Shown here piece by piece: positions 10,093-19,930 of a stretch of 64,000 nt of DNA (position 1 is its first letter; the number at the start of each line of letters is the position of its first letter). Under the pieces are notes generated by a model. That model worked only from the letters and a program-made list of their open reading frames with translations, was not told where the DNA came from and did no database searches. Source of the DNA: Ignavibacteriota bacterium (GTDB taxonomy: Bacteria > Bacteroidota > Ignavibacteria > Palsa-1295); assembly GCA_963787835.1 (NCBI GenBank), contig CAWBEI010000003.1, positions 320,001-384,000 on the forward strand, in the 5' to 3' direction. A program made the position numbers and the translations under genes.

Positions 10093-10347
10093 ATGGAAAC
10101 CCAAGCTTTCGGTTCATCCGCAAGAGATGAAATGTTCATGAGGATCGTCTCCGATCCCGATACATTGCATGGTAAACCGCGCATCAAGGGAACGCGCATC
10201 CCGGTGTATCTTATTGTCCAGCTTATCGCTGCCGGCGAGAGCATTCCTGCAATACTCGAAGACTACCCTTCCCTGACGAATGAAGACATCAAAGCTGCCC
10301 TGCAATATGCTGCAAAACTTGCAGAATACGAAGCCTACGCGATATGA
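10093..10347 (+). CDS. DUF433-family antitoxin
   Basis: RIVSDPDTLHGKPRIKGTRIPV...EDYPSLTNEDIKAALQYA is the DUF433 pattern. Confidence 0.9.
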   Translation: METQAFGSSARDEMFMRIVSDPDTLHGKPRIKGTRIPVYLIVQLIAAGESIPAILEDYPSLTNEDIKAALQYAAKLAEYEAYAI

Positions 10348-10715
10348 GTGCTTCGGCGTTCCTGCTCGATGAGAACATTCCCTATTCCCACATCGCATTT
10401 CTTGAAAAACGTGGATACACCACGCATCATGTACGCAAGCTTGGAAAAGCGGGAATACGAAACGGTGAAGTCTATGCATTGGCAGTCAGCTTATCTGCGT
10501 GGATCGTCACGCGAGATAAGGACTTCCGAAATCTCGTAAAGTTCTTATCCTACGACGTTCCAGGAATTATTGTGATCGAGTCGGAGACAGAATTAACACG
10601 CGCTCAAATTGTGCAGGTCTTTGACCGCTTTCTCCCAAAGTTCGAAGACTTGAAAACAGAGAAGAGACTTATACTGATCGAAGACGATGAGATCCGAGTG
10701 CTTAGTGATGGATAA
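10344..10715 (+). CDS. DUF5615-family PIN-like toxin
   Basis: FLLDENIP and IVTRDKDF motifs; ATGA overlap with the DUF433 gene. Confidence 0.88.
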   Translation: MSASAFLLDENIPYSHIAFLEKRGYTTHHVRKLGKAGIRNGEVYALAVSLSAWIVTRDKDFRNLVKFLSYDVPGIIVIESETELTRAQIVQVFDRFLPKFEDLKTEKRLILIEDDEIRVLSDG

Positions 10716-10767
10716 TTATCCCCATCCCATTCATCCCACGCTTCAATCACCACCTATGGTGCGCATT

Positions 10768-10872
10768 AATCACGGTTCAGACATTCCCCCTTCTTGCCTC
10801 CCCATCCTTCCCTTATCCTGAAAATCCCGGAAATCGTGGTCAATCCGGGAAATCCTGTAAATCGTGGTCCAT
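10768..10872. repeat. Cluster of AATCACGGTTCAGACA and AATCCTG/AATCGTGGTC repeats
   Basis: aatcacggttcagaca followed by atcctgaaaatcccggaaatcgtggtcaatcc and aatcctgtaaatcgtggtcc. Confidence 0.7.
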
Positions 10873-10968
10873 CTTTCTTCTTTTCCCCACGTTCCCTTCC
10901 CCAAAAATGCATGCCGCAAAGGGTGATGGAAAAGCGAACTTAACCAAAGATTAGGGCATTAGTATTGC

Positions 10969-12684
10969 ATGTTAGTGAGGGTAGTCTTTTGCATAATTAC
11001 GCTTTGTGGGTCGCTCCCAGTCACCCCTTCTTCCGCGCAAACTGAGCAAGGTGCGTATGGCAAGGAATTTTATCTTGCATTTGGCCCAAATGAGGGAGGA
11101 GAAGGCACTCCGTCCACACAGGATGTTGATGAGGTCTACATTACAAGCCAGGTTCCTACCCAGGGCATCATAGAAATTCTTGCGCTCAACTATTTTCAAA
11201 CGTTTACAACGGTACCGGGGCAGGTTACAACGATCGAGCTTCCAAATGGAAACAATAATACGCAGACTGTTGAACTTTCCAGCACGGCAGATCAACAAGT
11301 GATCCGCGGAATGGCTGTGCATATCAAAAGTGATAGCGATGTCGCGGTCTTTGGATTAAATCACAAATTATATTCGAGTGATGCGTTCATGGGTCTTCCG
11401 AATAATGTTCTCGGCACCGAATACCGCACAATCAATTACAATACTTCTAATAATCTGGGCGATATACTGCCGGGTGAGTTTTGGATTGTTGCTGTTAATG
11501 ACTCGACCAATATCACAATTACCCTCAAAGATATTTCCTCGATCGGAACTAAACCAGATACCCCAATTACCATTCAACTGAATCAAGGGGATGCTTACCT
11601 TGTACAAGGAAGTGTTTCGGACACTGCAAACGACCTCACGGGCAGCCTTATCCGATCGGACAAACCGATCGCGGTCTTCAGTGGCCATGAACGCACCGCC
11701 ATTCCAGATACTGCCATAAATGTTCAGGGCGGGACGAGCCGCGATCACCTTGTCGAAGAACTCGTGCCCGTTGCTGCTTGGGGCGATAGCGCTATTGTGG
11801 TACCGTTTGCTACTTCTGAGCTGTCAGATCTTGTCCGGATCGTGTGTGCGAAGGATAGCACACAAATTTCTGTCAACGGAACACTTGTTCCAAAAATATT
11901 AAATGCCGGAGATTTTTACGAGATCACACATCTTCAAGGCGCAACATCGATCCTGACATCTAAGCCGATCGAAGTTGGGCAATATATGCATTCGAGCCTG
12001 GGAAGTCTGGGTGATCCCAACGTCCCCGCTTATGGCGACCCTGCTCTTTCGCTCGTGTTTCCGATGGAACAGTTTGCCATGAATTACACAATTGTGAGCA
12101 TTGTAAACCCGAATTCATTCACTGAAAACTTTGTGAACATTGTTGCTCCGGCCGATACACTCGCGAACGTGCTAATCGATGGTGCTCAGATTGAGACTTC
12201 TGAGTTTCACTCGATACCCAATACTCGATTTGCGTATGCGCAGCATCAGATAACACAAGGATCGCATAACCTTTCGAGCACAAGGCCATTCGGAGTAACA
12301 GTGTATGCCCTCGGGCCGGTCGATAGCTATGCCTATCCCGGTGCTGTTCTCATTCCCGCGACGTACTCACTAACCTCGATTGTCGGTGCAACAAATGCAG
12401 CTGGTTTTTCAATTGTGAGCGCGTGGCCAGACCCAATTTCATCCTCCGACAATCGGGATGTGCTGGTTCGTTATCAAACGCAAGTTCCCACTCACGCGAC
12501 ATGTACCGTTTGGGATGAACTTGGCCGCAAGACCGGTTCTCTGAACGTACTGCTCTCCGCTCCAAGCGGAGATATACATATTCCCCATTCATTTCTACCT
12601 AAATCAGGAACCGCAACGATTGAAGTAATGCAGCAAACGGATAATGGCCCGATCTTCCAAAGGGTTAGAGTTCAAGTTGAGTAA
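10969..12684 (+). CDS. Secreted IgGFc-binding-protein N-terminal-domain protein with a degenerate T9SS-like C-terminal domain
   Basis: Signal peptide; GKEFYLAF, SDAFMGLP..LGTEY, DLTGSLIRSDKPIAVFSGH, GDP, SYAYPG; C-terminal AWPDP...VWDELGR. Confidence 0.8.
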   Translation: MLVRVVFCIITLCGSLPVTPSSAQTEQGAYGKEFYLAFGPNEGGEGTPSTQDVDEVYITSQVPTQGIIEILALNYFQTFTTVPGQVTTIELPNGNNNTQTVELSSTADQQVIRGMAVHIKSDSDVAVFGLNHKLYSSDAFMGLPNNVLGTEYRTINYNTSNNLGDILPGEFWIVAVNDSTNITITLKDISSIGTKPDTPITIQLNQGDAYLVQGSVSDTANDLTGSLIRSDKPIAVFSGHERTAIPDTAINVQGGTSRDHLVEELVPVAAWGDSAIVVPFATSELSDLVRIVCAKDSTQISVNGTLVPKILNAGDFYEITHLQGATSILTSKPIEVGQYMHSSLGSLGDPNVPAYGDPALSLVFPMEQFAMNYTIVSIVNPNSFTENFVNIVAPADTLANVLIDGAQIETSEFHSIPNTRFAYAQHQITQGSHNLSSTRPFGVTVYALGPVDSYAYPGAVLIPATYSLTSIVGATNAAGFSIVSAWPDPISSSDNRDVLVRYQTQVPTHATCTVWDELGRKTGSLNVLLSAPSGDIHIPHSFLPKSGTATIEVMQQTDNGPIFQRVRVQVE

Positions 12685-12693
12685 GGCATAGTA

Positions 12694-12753
12694 TCACAAC
12701 CCCACCCTCTCAAAAATCCTATCGACGTGCTTGGTGGCTTGTGCGGGGTCGAA
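12694..12753 (-). repeat. Second copy of the purB 3' end (encodes FDPAQATKHVDRIFERVGL-stop)
   Basis: 12697-12753 matches 13229-13285 at 51 of 57 nt; all 6 differences are synonymous. Confidence 0.95.
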
Positions 12754-12757
12754 CGTA

Positions 12758-12949
12758 TTATAGCCCCAGCGTTTTGCGAAATTCCTCGTAGGGAACTCCG
12801 GGATCGTCCGCGTTCACTCGCATGGCTTCTTCGAGGTCGAGGAGGTCTTCGTAATCCTCGGCCTTTTCCTTTAGGGATTTAAATTCGTCTTTCGGCAGAA
12901 CGACAACCGGCGTCCCGTTCTCGATTCTTTCCGTTGCGTGTAAGTACAT
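12758..12949 (-). CDS. Small putative antitoxin
   Basis: 63 aa, acidic; VVVLPKDEF...EDYEDLLDLEEA...VPYEEFRKTLGL resembles RelB/Phd-like partners; directly downstream of the RelE gene. Confidence 0.75.
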   Translation of the reverse strand: MYLHATERIENGTPVVVLPKDEFKSLKEKAEDYEDLLDLEEAMRVNADDPGVPYEEFRKTLGL

Positions 12950-12961
12950 GATCTTTTACTC

Positions 12962-13210
12962 CTATCTGTAAGCGTCTTTCCGAGGTTTGATCGAATGGAT
13001 GACGATCTGAGTGCCCTCGATTTCGAACAGCACCCGATAACGTCCTACCCTTAGTCTATATCGCGGGATGAAGTTCTTTAGTTTCTTGACATCCCCGGTA
13101 AGGTCGTTCTCGAGCTTAAGAATTGCCGTGTCGATGCGTTCTTGTTCAACGGCTGGAAGCGCTGCAAGTTCCTTGCGCGCTTCTTTCTTAATTATGATAT
13201 TATATCTCAT
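12962..13210 (-). CDS. RelE/ParE-family toxin
   Basis: 82 aa; KEARKEL, DVKKLK, YRLRVGRYRVLFEI and PRKDAYR RelE motifs. Confidence 0.9.
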   Translation of the reverse strand: MRYNIIIKKEARKELAALPAVEQERIDTAILKLENDLTGDVKKLKNFIPRYRLRVGRYRVLFEIEGTQIVIHSIKPRKDAYR

Positions 13211-13222
13211 GACAAGGGCTCA

Positions 13223-14539
13223 TTAGACTAACCCCACCCGCTCAAAGATCCTATCGACATGCTTGGTGGCTTGCGCGGGATCGAAGGCTTTATCGAGATC
13301 GGCTGTGGAGAGGCGTCCGGCTACGTCAGCGTCTTGTTCGATGAGTTTGCGGAATGTTATTTCGGGCTGCGCGCCACTGGCGGCAAGTTCCCACACTTTC
13401 ATCGCGTTGCGCTGGACTATTTTGTAGGACTCTTCGCGAGAAAGTCCCGATTTAGCGAGCAACAACAGCAGCGGCTGGCTAAATACGAGTCCGCGCGTGA
13501 GATCTAAGTTCCTTCGCATTGCTTCGGGATAAACGAACATCGTTTGCACCGAATTTGCCATGAGCGACAGCATATAATCGAGCGCGATCGTTGCGTCCGG
13601 CCCAATGACGCGCTCGGTAGAGGAGTGCGAAATGTCGCGCTCGTGCCACAGCGCCACGTTCTCCATTGCGGTAACAGCATAGCCGCGCAGCAGCCGCGCC
13701 AGACCTGACACGCGTTCCCATGTGATCGGATTGCGTTTGTGCGGCATCGCGCTGGAGCCTTTTTGTCCTTTAGCAAAAAATTCTTCCACCTCGCGAACTT
13801 CCGTTCGCTGCAAATGGCGCAGTTCCGTCGCAATTTTTTCGAGACTCGCACCAACGAGAGCGATAGCAGTGAAAAACTCGGCGTGTCTATCTCGCTGCAC
13901 TATCTGCGTGGAAACCGGCGCAGCCTCCAAGCCTAATTTTGCGCATACATATTCCTCCACGCTGGGATCCAAATGCTCGAACGTACCAACCGCTCCGGAA
14001 ATCTTCCCTACGGAGATCGTTTTTACAGCATGTTCCATGCGCTCCTTTGCGCGTTTCATTTCCGCATAAAGCACCGCGAGCTTTATTCCAAATGTCGTCG
14101 GCTCAGCATGAATGCCATGCGTTCGCCCGATCATGGGCGTGTGCTTAAATTCCCGCGCTCTCGCACCCAGCGCATCGATGAGCTTTTGTATCCCATCCAA
14201 CAATAACCTACCCGCCTGCATACACTGCACCGAGAACGCGGTATCGACCACATCGCTCGAAGTCATGCCGAGATGGATAAATCTTGAATCCGGCCCAACG
14301 GATTCTGCCACGTTTGTGAGAAAAGCAATGACATCGTGCTTCGTCTCGCGCTCGATCTCATCAATGCGCGCGGCCTGGAATGTCGCGATCGGGCGTATTT
14401 TCGCCGAAGTGCCGATCGGCACAATGCCCAACTGCTCCTGCTTTTCCATGGCGAGCAGTTCGATCTCGAGCCATATCTTGTATTTGTTATCTTCGGTCCA
14501 GATGGCCCCCATTTCGGGGCGTGTGTAGCGTGGGATCAT
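13223..14539 (-). CDS. purB: Adenylosuccinate lyase
   Basis: MIPRYTRPEM, HDVIAF, GRTHGIHAEPTTFG, GSSAMPHKRNP, WHERDISHSS. Confidence 0.98.
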   Translation of the reverse strand: MIPRYTRPEMGAIWTEDNKYKIWLEIELLAMEKQEQLGIVPIGTSAKIRPIATFQAARIDEIERETKHDVIAFLTNVAESVGPDSRFIHLGMTSSDVVDTAFSVQCMQAGRLLLDGIQKLIDALGARAREFKHTPMIGRTHGIHAEPTTFGIKLAVLYAEMKRAKERMEHAVKTISVGKISGAVGTFEHLDPSVEEYVCAKLGLEAAPVSTQIVQRDRHAEFFTAIALVGASLEKIATELRHLQRTEVREVEEFFAKGQKGSSAMPHKRNPITWERVSGLARLLRGYAVTAMENVALWHERDISHSSTERVIGPDATIALDYMLSLMANSVQTMFVYPEAMRRNLDLTRGLVFSQPLLLLLAKSGLSREESYKIVQRNAMKVWELAASGAQPEITFRKLIEQDADVAGRLSTADLDKAFDPAQATKHVDRIFERVGLV

Positions 14540-14611
14540 GAATTCGGTTTATTTTTTAAGAATTGTGATGATGCGATTAACATAAATGGGGTTTGCTTAG
14601 TGGCAATGTCG

Positions 14612-14619
14612 TAATTTTG
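14612..14619 (+). promoter_or_regulatory. TAnnTTTG promoter 6 nt before the SDR start codon
   Basis: TAATTTTG then ATG at 14626. Confidence 0.55.
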
Positions 14620-14625
14620 TAGGAA

Positions 14626-15342
14626 ATGTCTGAAACACCACTTGCCTGGATTGTCGGCGGCTCGCGCGGAATCGGCTTTGCCTGCGCAGAAGCGCTCGGC
14701 GCGGAGGGGTATGCCATAGCCCTTTCAAGCAAAACCAAAACCGCCCTCGATGCATCAGATGTAAAACTTCGAGAGCATGGAATCGACGTGACACCCTTCA
14801 CATGCGATATTACGGAAGAGGAAAATGTCACTTCGACATACAGCCAAATCAAGCGTGTATTCGGTCGTGCGCCGGATGTGCTCATCAATAGCGCGGGAAT
14901 TTCTCCATGGAGCACATTCACGGAAACAAGCACTAAAGAATTCGATGAAGTCCTTGCGATCAACACAAAGGGAATGTTTCTGACCTCGCGCGAAGTCTTA
15001 GCGGATATGTATGCGCGGAAATCAGGTGCCATCGTCCAGATCCTTTCCGTTGCAGCACTCAAAGGATATAAGAATGGCGCGGCGTATGTAGCAAGTAAAT
15101 TCTCGTCGCTCGGATTTACAAATTCGTTGCGTGAGGAAGCGCGACAGCACGGTGTGCGCGTTATCTCCGTGTTTCCCGGTGCAACAGAAACGGAACTTTG
15201 GAGTGAACACCAGCGTGAGAAATATCATGAACGCATGATGCAACCGGGGGACATCGCGCTGGAAATTGTATCTGCTCTAAAATTGTCAAGCCGCGCACTA
15301 GTGGAAGAAATTGTGTTGAGACCTATTCACGGTGATCTTTAA
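14626..15342 (+). CDS. Short-chain dehydrogenase/reductase
   Basis: GGSRGIG, NSAG, YVASK catalytic YxxxK, PGATET. Confidence 0.92.
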   Translation: MSETPLAWIVGGSRGIGFACAEALGAEGYAIALSSKTKTALDASDVKLREHGIDVTPFTCDITEEENVTSTYSQIKRVFGRAPDVLINSAGISPWSTFTETSTKEFDEVLAINTKGMFLTSREVLADMYARKSGAIVQILSVAALKGYKNGAAYVASKFSSLGFTNSLREEARQHGVRVISVFPGATETELWSEHQREKYHERMMQPGDIALEIVSALKLSSRALVEEIVLRPIHGDL

Positions 15343-15345
15343 CTC

Positions 15346-17025
15346 ATGCAAGCATTGAATACCAAGTGGACTCTGAAACGAGGCGGCGCCATCCATGCGC
15401 CGCACGGCACCACGCTTTCCTGTAAAGGCTGGCAGCAGGAAGCGGCCATGCGAATGCTAATGAACAATCTCGACCCCGATGTGGCCGAGCGCCCCGAAGA
15501 ATTGATCGTCTATGGTGGCTCCGGCAAAGCGGCCCGTAATTGGGAATGTTACGATGCGATCGTTCGGGAATTGCAATCGCTGGAAAACGACGAGACCCTC
15601 CTTGTGCAATCTGGCAAACCTGTTGGTGTTTTGAAGTCGTATCCGACAACGCCGCGCGTTGTGATAAGCAATTCTCAGCTTGTCCCCCACTGGGCAACAT
15701 GGGACGAATTCCGACGTCTCGAACAGCTCGGCCTCACCATGTTCGGCCAAATGACCGCCGGAAGCTGGATCTACATTGGCAGTCAGGGCATCGTGCAAGG
15801 CACCTTCGAGACATTAATGGCCTGTGCAAATAAACATTTTGGCGGTTTGTTATCAGGAAAGATCGTTCTTACCGCCGGACTTGGTGGAATGGGTGGCGCA
15901 CAGCCGCTTGCCGCTACCATGGCCGGCGCAGCGTTCCTCGGTGTGGAAATAGATGAAGCCCGCATCCAAAAACGTATCGCGTCAGGATATTGCGACCGAA
16001 TGACGAGCAGTCTCGATGAAGCGCTTGAAATAGTTACAAACGCAAAAGAACGGGGTGAAGCGATCTCTGCCGCACTTCTCGGAAACGCGGCGGAAATCCA
16101 TCCCGAACTGGTATGTCGCGGTTTTATCCCGGATATAGTTACCGACCAAACCAGTGCGCATGATGTGCTCAATGGTTATTATCCCGCCGGCTTTACTAAG
16201 GATGAAGCCGATGCTCTGCGAATAAACGATCCCGAGCGATACATGGCTGAAGCGCGCAAATCCATTGTAATCCATGTCGAGGCAATGCTCGAAATGCAGC
16301 GGCGTGGTGCGATCGCCTTCGATTATGGCAACAATATTCGCGGCGAAGCAAAGGCAAACGGCCTCGCCAAGGCGTTCGATATTCCCGGATTTGTACCGGA
16401 GTATATTAGACCTTTATTTTGCGAAGGAAAAGGGCCGTTTCGGTGGGTTGCCCTCTCTGGGGATCCCGAAGATATTCTCACCACAGACCGGGAACTACTG
16501 AAATTATTCCCGAATGACGAAACCCTCCATCGCTGGATACCGCTGGCACAAAAGCATATCCATTTTCAGGGATTGCCTGCGAGAATCTGTTGGCTTGGGA
16601 TGGGTGCTCGAGCAAAAGCTGGATTGTTGTTCAATCAACTTGTTCGTGAGGGCAAAGTGTCCGCCCCGATCGTAATTGGCCGTGACCATTTGGATACCGG
16701 AAGCGTCGCCAGCCCCAACCGCGAGACCGAGGGGATGCTCGACGGCAGTGATGCCATCGCCGATTGGCCTGTCCTTAACTTTGCAATGAATGCAATCGGT
16801 GGAGCAACGTGGGTTTCTTTACATCATGGAGGGGGTGTAGGAATAGGCAATTCTATTCATGCAGGAATGGTTATCGTCTGCGATGGTAAACTGGAAACCG
16901 ACGAACGTCTCTCGCGGGTTCTAACCTACGATCCCGCACTCGGGCTCCTGCGTCATGCGGACGCGGGTTACCAAACAGCCCGCAACGAAGCACAGCTCCA
17001 CGGCTTGATTATTCCCATGAACTAA
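15346..17025 (+). CDS. hutU: Urocanate hydratase
   Basis: [49 protein letters not shown]. Confidence 0.98.
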   Translation: MQALNTKWTLKRGGAIHAPHGTTLSCKGWQQEAAMRMLMNNLDPDVAERPEELIVYGGSGKAARNWECYDAIVRELQSLENDETLLVQSGKPVGVLKSYPTTPRVVISNSQLVPHWATWDEFRRLEQLGLTMFGQMTAGSWIYIGSQGIVQGTFETLMACANKHFGGLLSGKIVLTAGLGGMGGAQPLAATMAGAAFLGVEIDEARIQKRIASGYCDRMTSSLDEALEIVTNAKERGEAISAALLGNAAEIHPELVCRGFIPDIVTDQTSAHDVLNGYYPAGFTKDEADALRINDPERYMAEARKSIVIHVEAMLEMQRRGAIAFDYGNNIRGEAKANGLAKAFDIPGFVPEYIRPLFCEGKGPFRWVALSGDPEDILTTDRELLKLFPNDETLHRWIPLAQKHIHFQGLPARICWLGMGARAKAGLLFNQLVREGKVSAPIVIGRDHLDTGSVASPNRETEGMLDGSDAIADWPVLNFAMNAIGGATWVSLHHGGGVGIGNSIHAGMVIVCDGKLETDERLSRVLTYDPALGLLRHADAGYQTARNEAQLHGLIIPMN

Positions 17026-17029
17026 GTTT

Positions 17030-18682
17030 ATGCTCGACGAAACCACAGGACTTGGAGAACGCCGTGCGCGAACGATCGTGATCGTCGTGCTTGTGGCCGA
17101 AACGCTGTGGGTGTTTTTGACGAAATATTTGCCGCTCGATTCCGGACTCTGGGCATTGCAAGCCGAGCTTGTACGCCAACACCTTGCCGGGCATGTTCAT
17201 GATGGTTGGAAGCTTATTCCCTACCCAGCATCCAATATCGGCGCGCCGATCTTGTCAGCAGTATTAACCGTGTTGTTCCCAGGAGAAGTAACCATCCGGA
17301 TCATGCTCACATTGGGAGCTATTTTTGCTCGCGGTATGGGAATGCTTTCACTCTTTCGCGTACTCCGGGTTCGCGATGCCGCCATCTATTTCCTCATTCC
17401 CGTTCTTGCCATGACCGGCCTCTGGTTTACCGGCGCACTACCCTACTTGATGGCGGAAACGCTTGCGCTTTGGGTGCTCGTTTATTTTTTGTCGCAAGAT
17501 CACCCCAGGGCCACTGCGTATTGGATCTTGAGCATAGGATTGTTGTGCATTTCCCTCTTGAGCGGCCTTGTGTTTCTCCTGATGGCCGTTGTGGTGATAA
17601 TGATCATGCTCGAACAGCGCCGAAGCGTGCATCTTTCTCAAGGATGGCTGAATGAGCCTCGCGCCGTATTAAGTTTGCTCGGACTGGGCACACTCGCCTT
17701 GATTCTGGCATTCCTTGCCGGCGAGCCGATTCTACGGTTATCCTCTACTGGATTCCTTCCCACTGGACTTTCAAGACTTCTGTTCCTCATAACCCCCGCA
17801 CCTCGTGTTCTGGAAGCAACGTTTCGCTATGGGGATATTCTTCATGCCCTCGTTACACTGCTGTTCATTTTGGTACTGCTTGGGTGTTTTGCACGAGCCT
17901 ACCTGCTGGCCATGGAGGAAGTCACCTGGCAGTCCCGCGCCGTCCGAAGTGCAGGCTATGTGCTCCTCATTCTCGCTTTATGCAGCCCGCTCCTGACCGG
18001 GATCGGGATCGAAACCTCTTCAGGGATCATACTTGCAATTATATTCATTTTGGCGGGTTCGTATTCTCGTGGTCCCGCTGTCCGAAGAACTCCGATGGAT
18101 CGCCTGATCTACGTTTCTACAGTGATCGTCGTGATCGCATCGATAGGAATGAATGCGTTCTCAATCGTGCGCGGCAGCGCTGCGGCACTGGATGTCATCC
18201 ACTCTGCTCGGTCGCTGGTCTCCGGAGAACGAGAAACTACCCGTGAGGATGAGCACCTTCGTGATATCCGAATTCGCTTCGTAATGGATTCCTCGCTTGG
18301 GGCGCATGCCACGTTCGTTGGAACATGCTCCTATTCAGCAACTGCACCAATCTATCTTTTTACTGGCGGCGATGTGCTTGATAATGTCGCTGCTTTCCAG
18401 CCGGCAGGTGGAGCGGTGAGAACTAAAAACTCTGGTAAGTTCTCCGTCAGCCCTGTCATACCGGTGATGCTTGGCTCCGAGGACAAGTATATCGACTCGA
18501 CGGTTCGCATTCTTGCGGCCCTTCCAATGGGATCACTTGTTTCGAATTCTTTCGGGCCGTTCGAACTATCGATCGTCGAGGATGCAAAAATTAATATTGA
18601 TAAAGGCGAAACACAATTTCATCTCGGGATCGGGAAATTACGAGCCGGCCGCCCCATCGAGATGGCTCAATTCAAGAAATAA
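17030..18682 (+). CDS. Multi-pass membrane protein of unknown function (possibly GT-C-like fold)
   Basis: About 11-13 hydrophobic segments plus a soluble C-terminal domain. Confidence 0.65.
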   Translation: MLDETTGLGERRARTIVIVVLVAETLWVFLTKYLPLDSGLWALQAELVRQHLAGHVHDGWKLIPYPASNIGAPILSAVLTVLFPGEVTIRIMLTLGAIFARGMGMLSLFRVLRVRDAAIYFLIPVLAMTGLWFTGALPYLMAETLALWVLVYFLSQDHPRATAYWILSIGLLCISLLSGLVFLLMAVVVIMIMLEQRRSVHLSQGWLNEPRAVLSLLGLGTLALILAFLAGEPILRLSSTGFLPTGLSRLLFLITPAPRVLEATFRYGDILHALVTLLFILVLLGCFARAYLLAMEEVTWQSRAVRSAGYVLLILALCSPLLTGIGIETSSGIILAIIFILAGSYSRGPAVRRTPMDRLIYVSTVIVVIASIGMNAFSIVRGSAAALDVIHSARSLVSGERETTREDEHLRDIRIRFVMDSSLGAHATFVGTCSYSATAPIYLFTGGDVLDNVAAFQPAGGAVRTKNSGKFSVSPVIPVMLGSEDKYIDSTVRILAALPMGSLVSNSFGPFELSIVEDAKINIDKGETQFHLGIGKLRAGRPIEMAQFKK

Positions 18683-18684
18683 CT

Positions 18685-19023
18685 ATGACTCTATTCGAGA
18701 AGATCGCGAACCATGATATCCCTGCGACCCTTGTATATGAGGATTCTGACATCATCGCGTTCAACGACATAAATCCGCAGGCTCCCTACCACATTGTTAT
18801 TGCTCCACGCAAGCCGATTCCATCGCTCGACTATGTCACGTCTGACGATTCGGAATTATTGGGGAAAATGATCGTCGTGGCAGTCGATCTCGCAAGAAAG
18901 TTTGGCATTTCGGATACGGGTTACCGGCTGGTGTTTAATTGCGGCAAACATGGCGGCCAAACGGTAGATCATCTCCATCTGCATTTGCTCGGTGGCCGGC
19001 AGCTTGGCTGGCCGCCAGGTTGA
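18685..19023 (+). CDS. hinT: HIT-family nucleotide-binding protein (HinT)
   Basis: AFNDINPQAPYH, GQTVDHLHLHLLGGR, WPPG. Confidence 0.92.
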   Translation: MTLFEKIANHDIPATLVYEDSDIIAFNDINPQAPYHIVIAPRKPIPSLDYVTSDDSELLGKMIVVAVDLARKFGISDTGYRLVFNCGKHGGQTVDHLHLHLLGGRQLGWPPG

Positions 19024-19064
19024 ATTAATTATTAAGAAGTAAGAGTTAATTGTCAGGAAGTAGG

Positions 19065-19880
19065 ATGCTGATGGCTACATACTCAACAGGACAGGTTACA
19101 CTCGGCAATCTCACGGTTCATCGACTGGGGTTGGGAACTAACCGCATTACCGACACCGATACCGCTCGTGCCGTGCTTCTGCGCGCGGTAGAGCTCGGAA
19201 TTAATTTTATCGACACGGCCGATCTCTATCAGAAAGGCCAAAGTGAGGAAACCATCGGTCGCACTTTTTCACCGTATCCGGAGGGTCTTATTATTGCGAC
19301 GAAAGGAGGAATGTCCTGGAATGATGGCAGCGGCATCAACGATCCAACCTATTTACGGAACGCATTGGACGCGAGCTTGAAACGGCTTAACCGGGATTAC
19401 GTGGATCTTTATCAACTACATCGCATTGAGCCAGGCATTCCCATTGAAGAAACGGCACAGGTATTGAGTGCGATGAAAGAGTCTGGCAAGGTTCGGAATA
19501 TAGGCCTTTCCGAAGCAACGGTCGAGCAGATCGAACGCTTCCGGAAAATCGTCGATATTGTCTCGGTTCAAAACAAATATAATATTTTCGAACGAAAATA
19601 TGAAGCCGAACTGAAGTATTGCGAAGCAAACGGCATTGCATTTATTCCCTGGTATCCTCTGGCAAAAGCAAAACTTGAAAGCCATGCACTCGAACAGATC
19701 GCGCACGAGCATCATGCTACGACCGCACAGATCGCGATCGCCTGGCTACTGGCTCGGTCCCTGGTGATGCTCCCCATTCCAGGAACTTTGTCGATCGCGC
19801 ACCTTGAATCGAATCTTGCAGCAGCGAATATTAGACTCGATGAGAAAAATATGGGGGTGTTAAATTCGATCACGGCATAA
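19065..19880 (+). CDS. Aldo/keto reductase
   Basis: FIDTADLY, IATKGG, DLYQLHR, IGLSE, PIPGT. Confidence 0.92.
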   Translation: MLMATYSTGQVTLGNLTVHRLGLGTNRITDTDTARAVLLRAVELGINFIDTADLYQKGQSEETIGRTFSPYPEGLIIATKGGMSWNDGSGINDPTYLRNALDASLKRLNRDYVDLYQLHRIEPGIPIEETAQVLSAMKESGKVRNIGLSEATVEQIERFRKIVDIVSVQNKYNIFERKYEAELKYCEANGIAFIPWYPLAKAKLESHALEQIAHEHHATTAQIAIAWLLARSLVMLPIPGTLSIAHLESNLAAANIRLDEKNMGVLNSITA

Positions 19881-19930
19881 AATGATGTGTTACGGAGCTA
19901 CACATTGATTTTTAATGTTAAGATTCATCC

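Noticed and set aside
10030-10760. A duplicated ffh 3' end analogous to the purB case
   Set aside because: I searched by eye downstream of the DUF5615 gene and found no second copy of the ffh tail.
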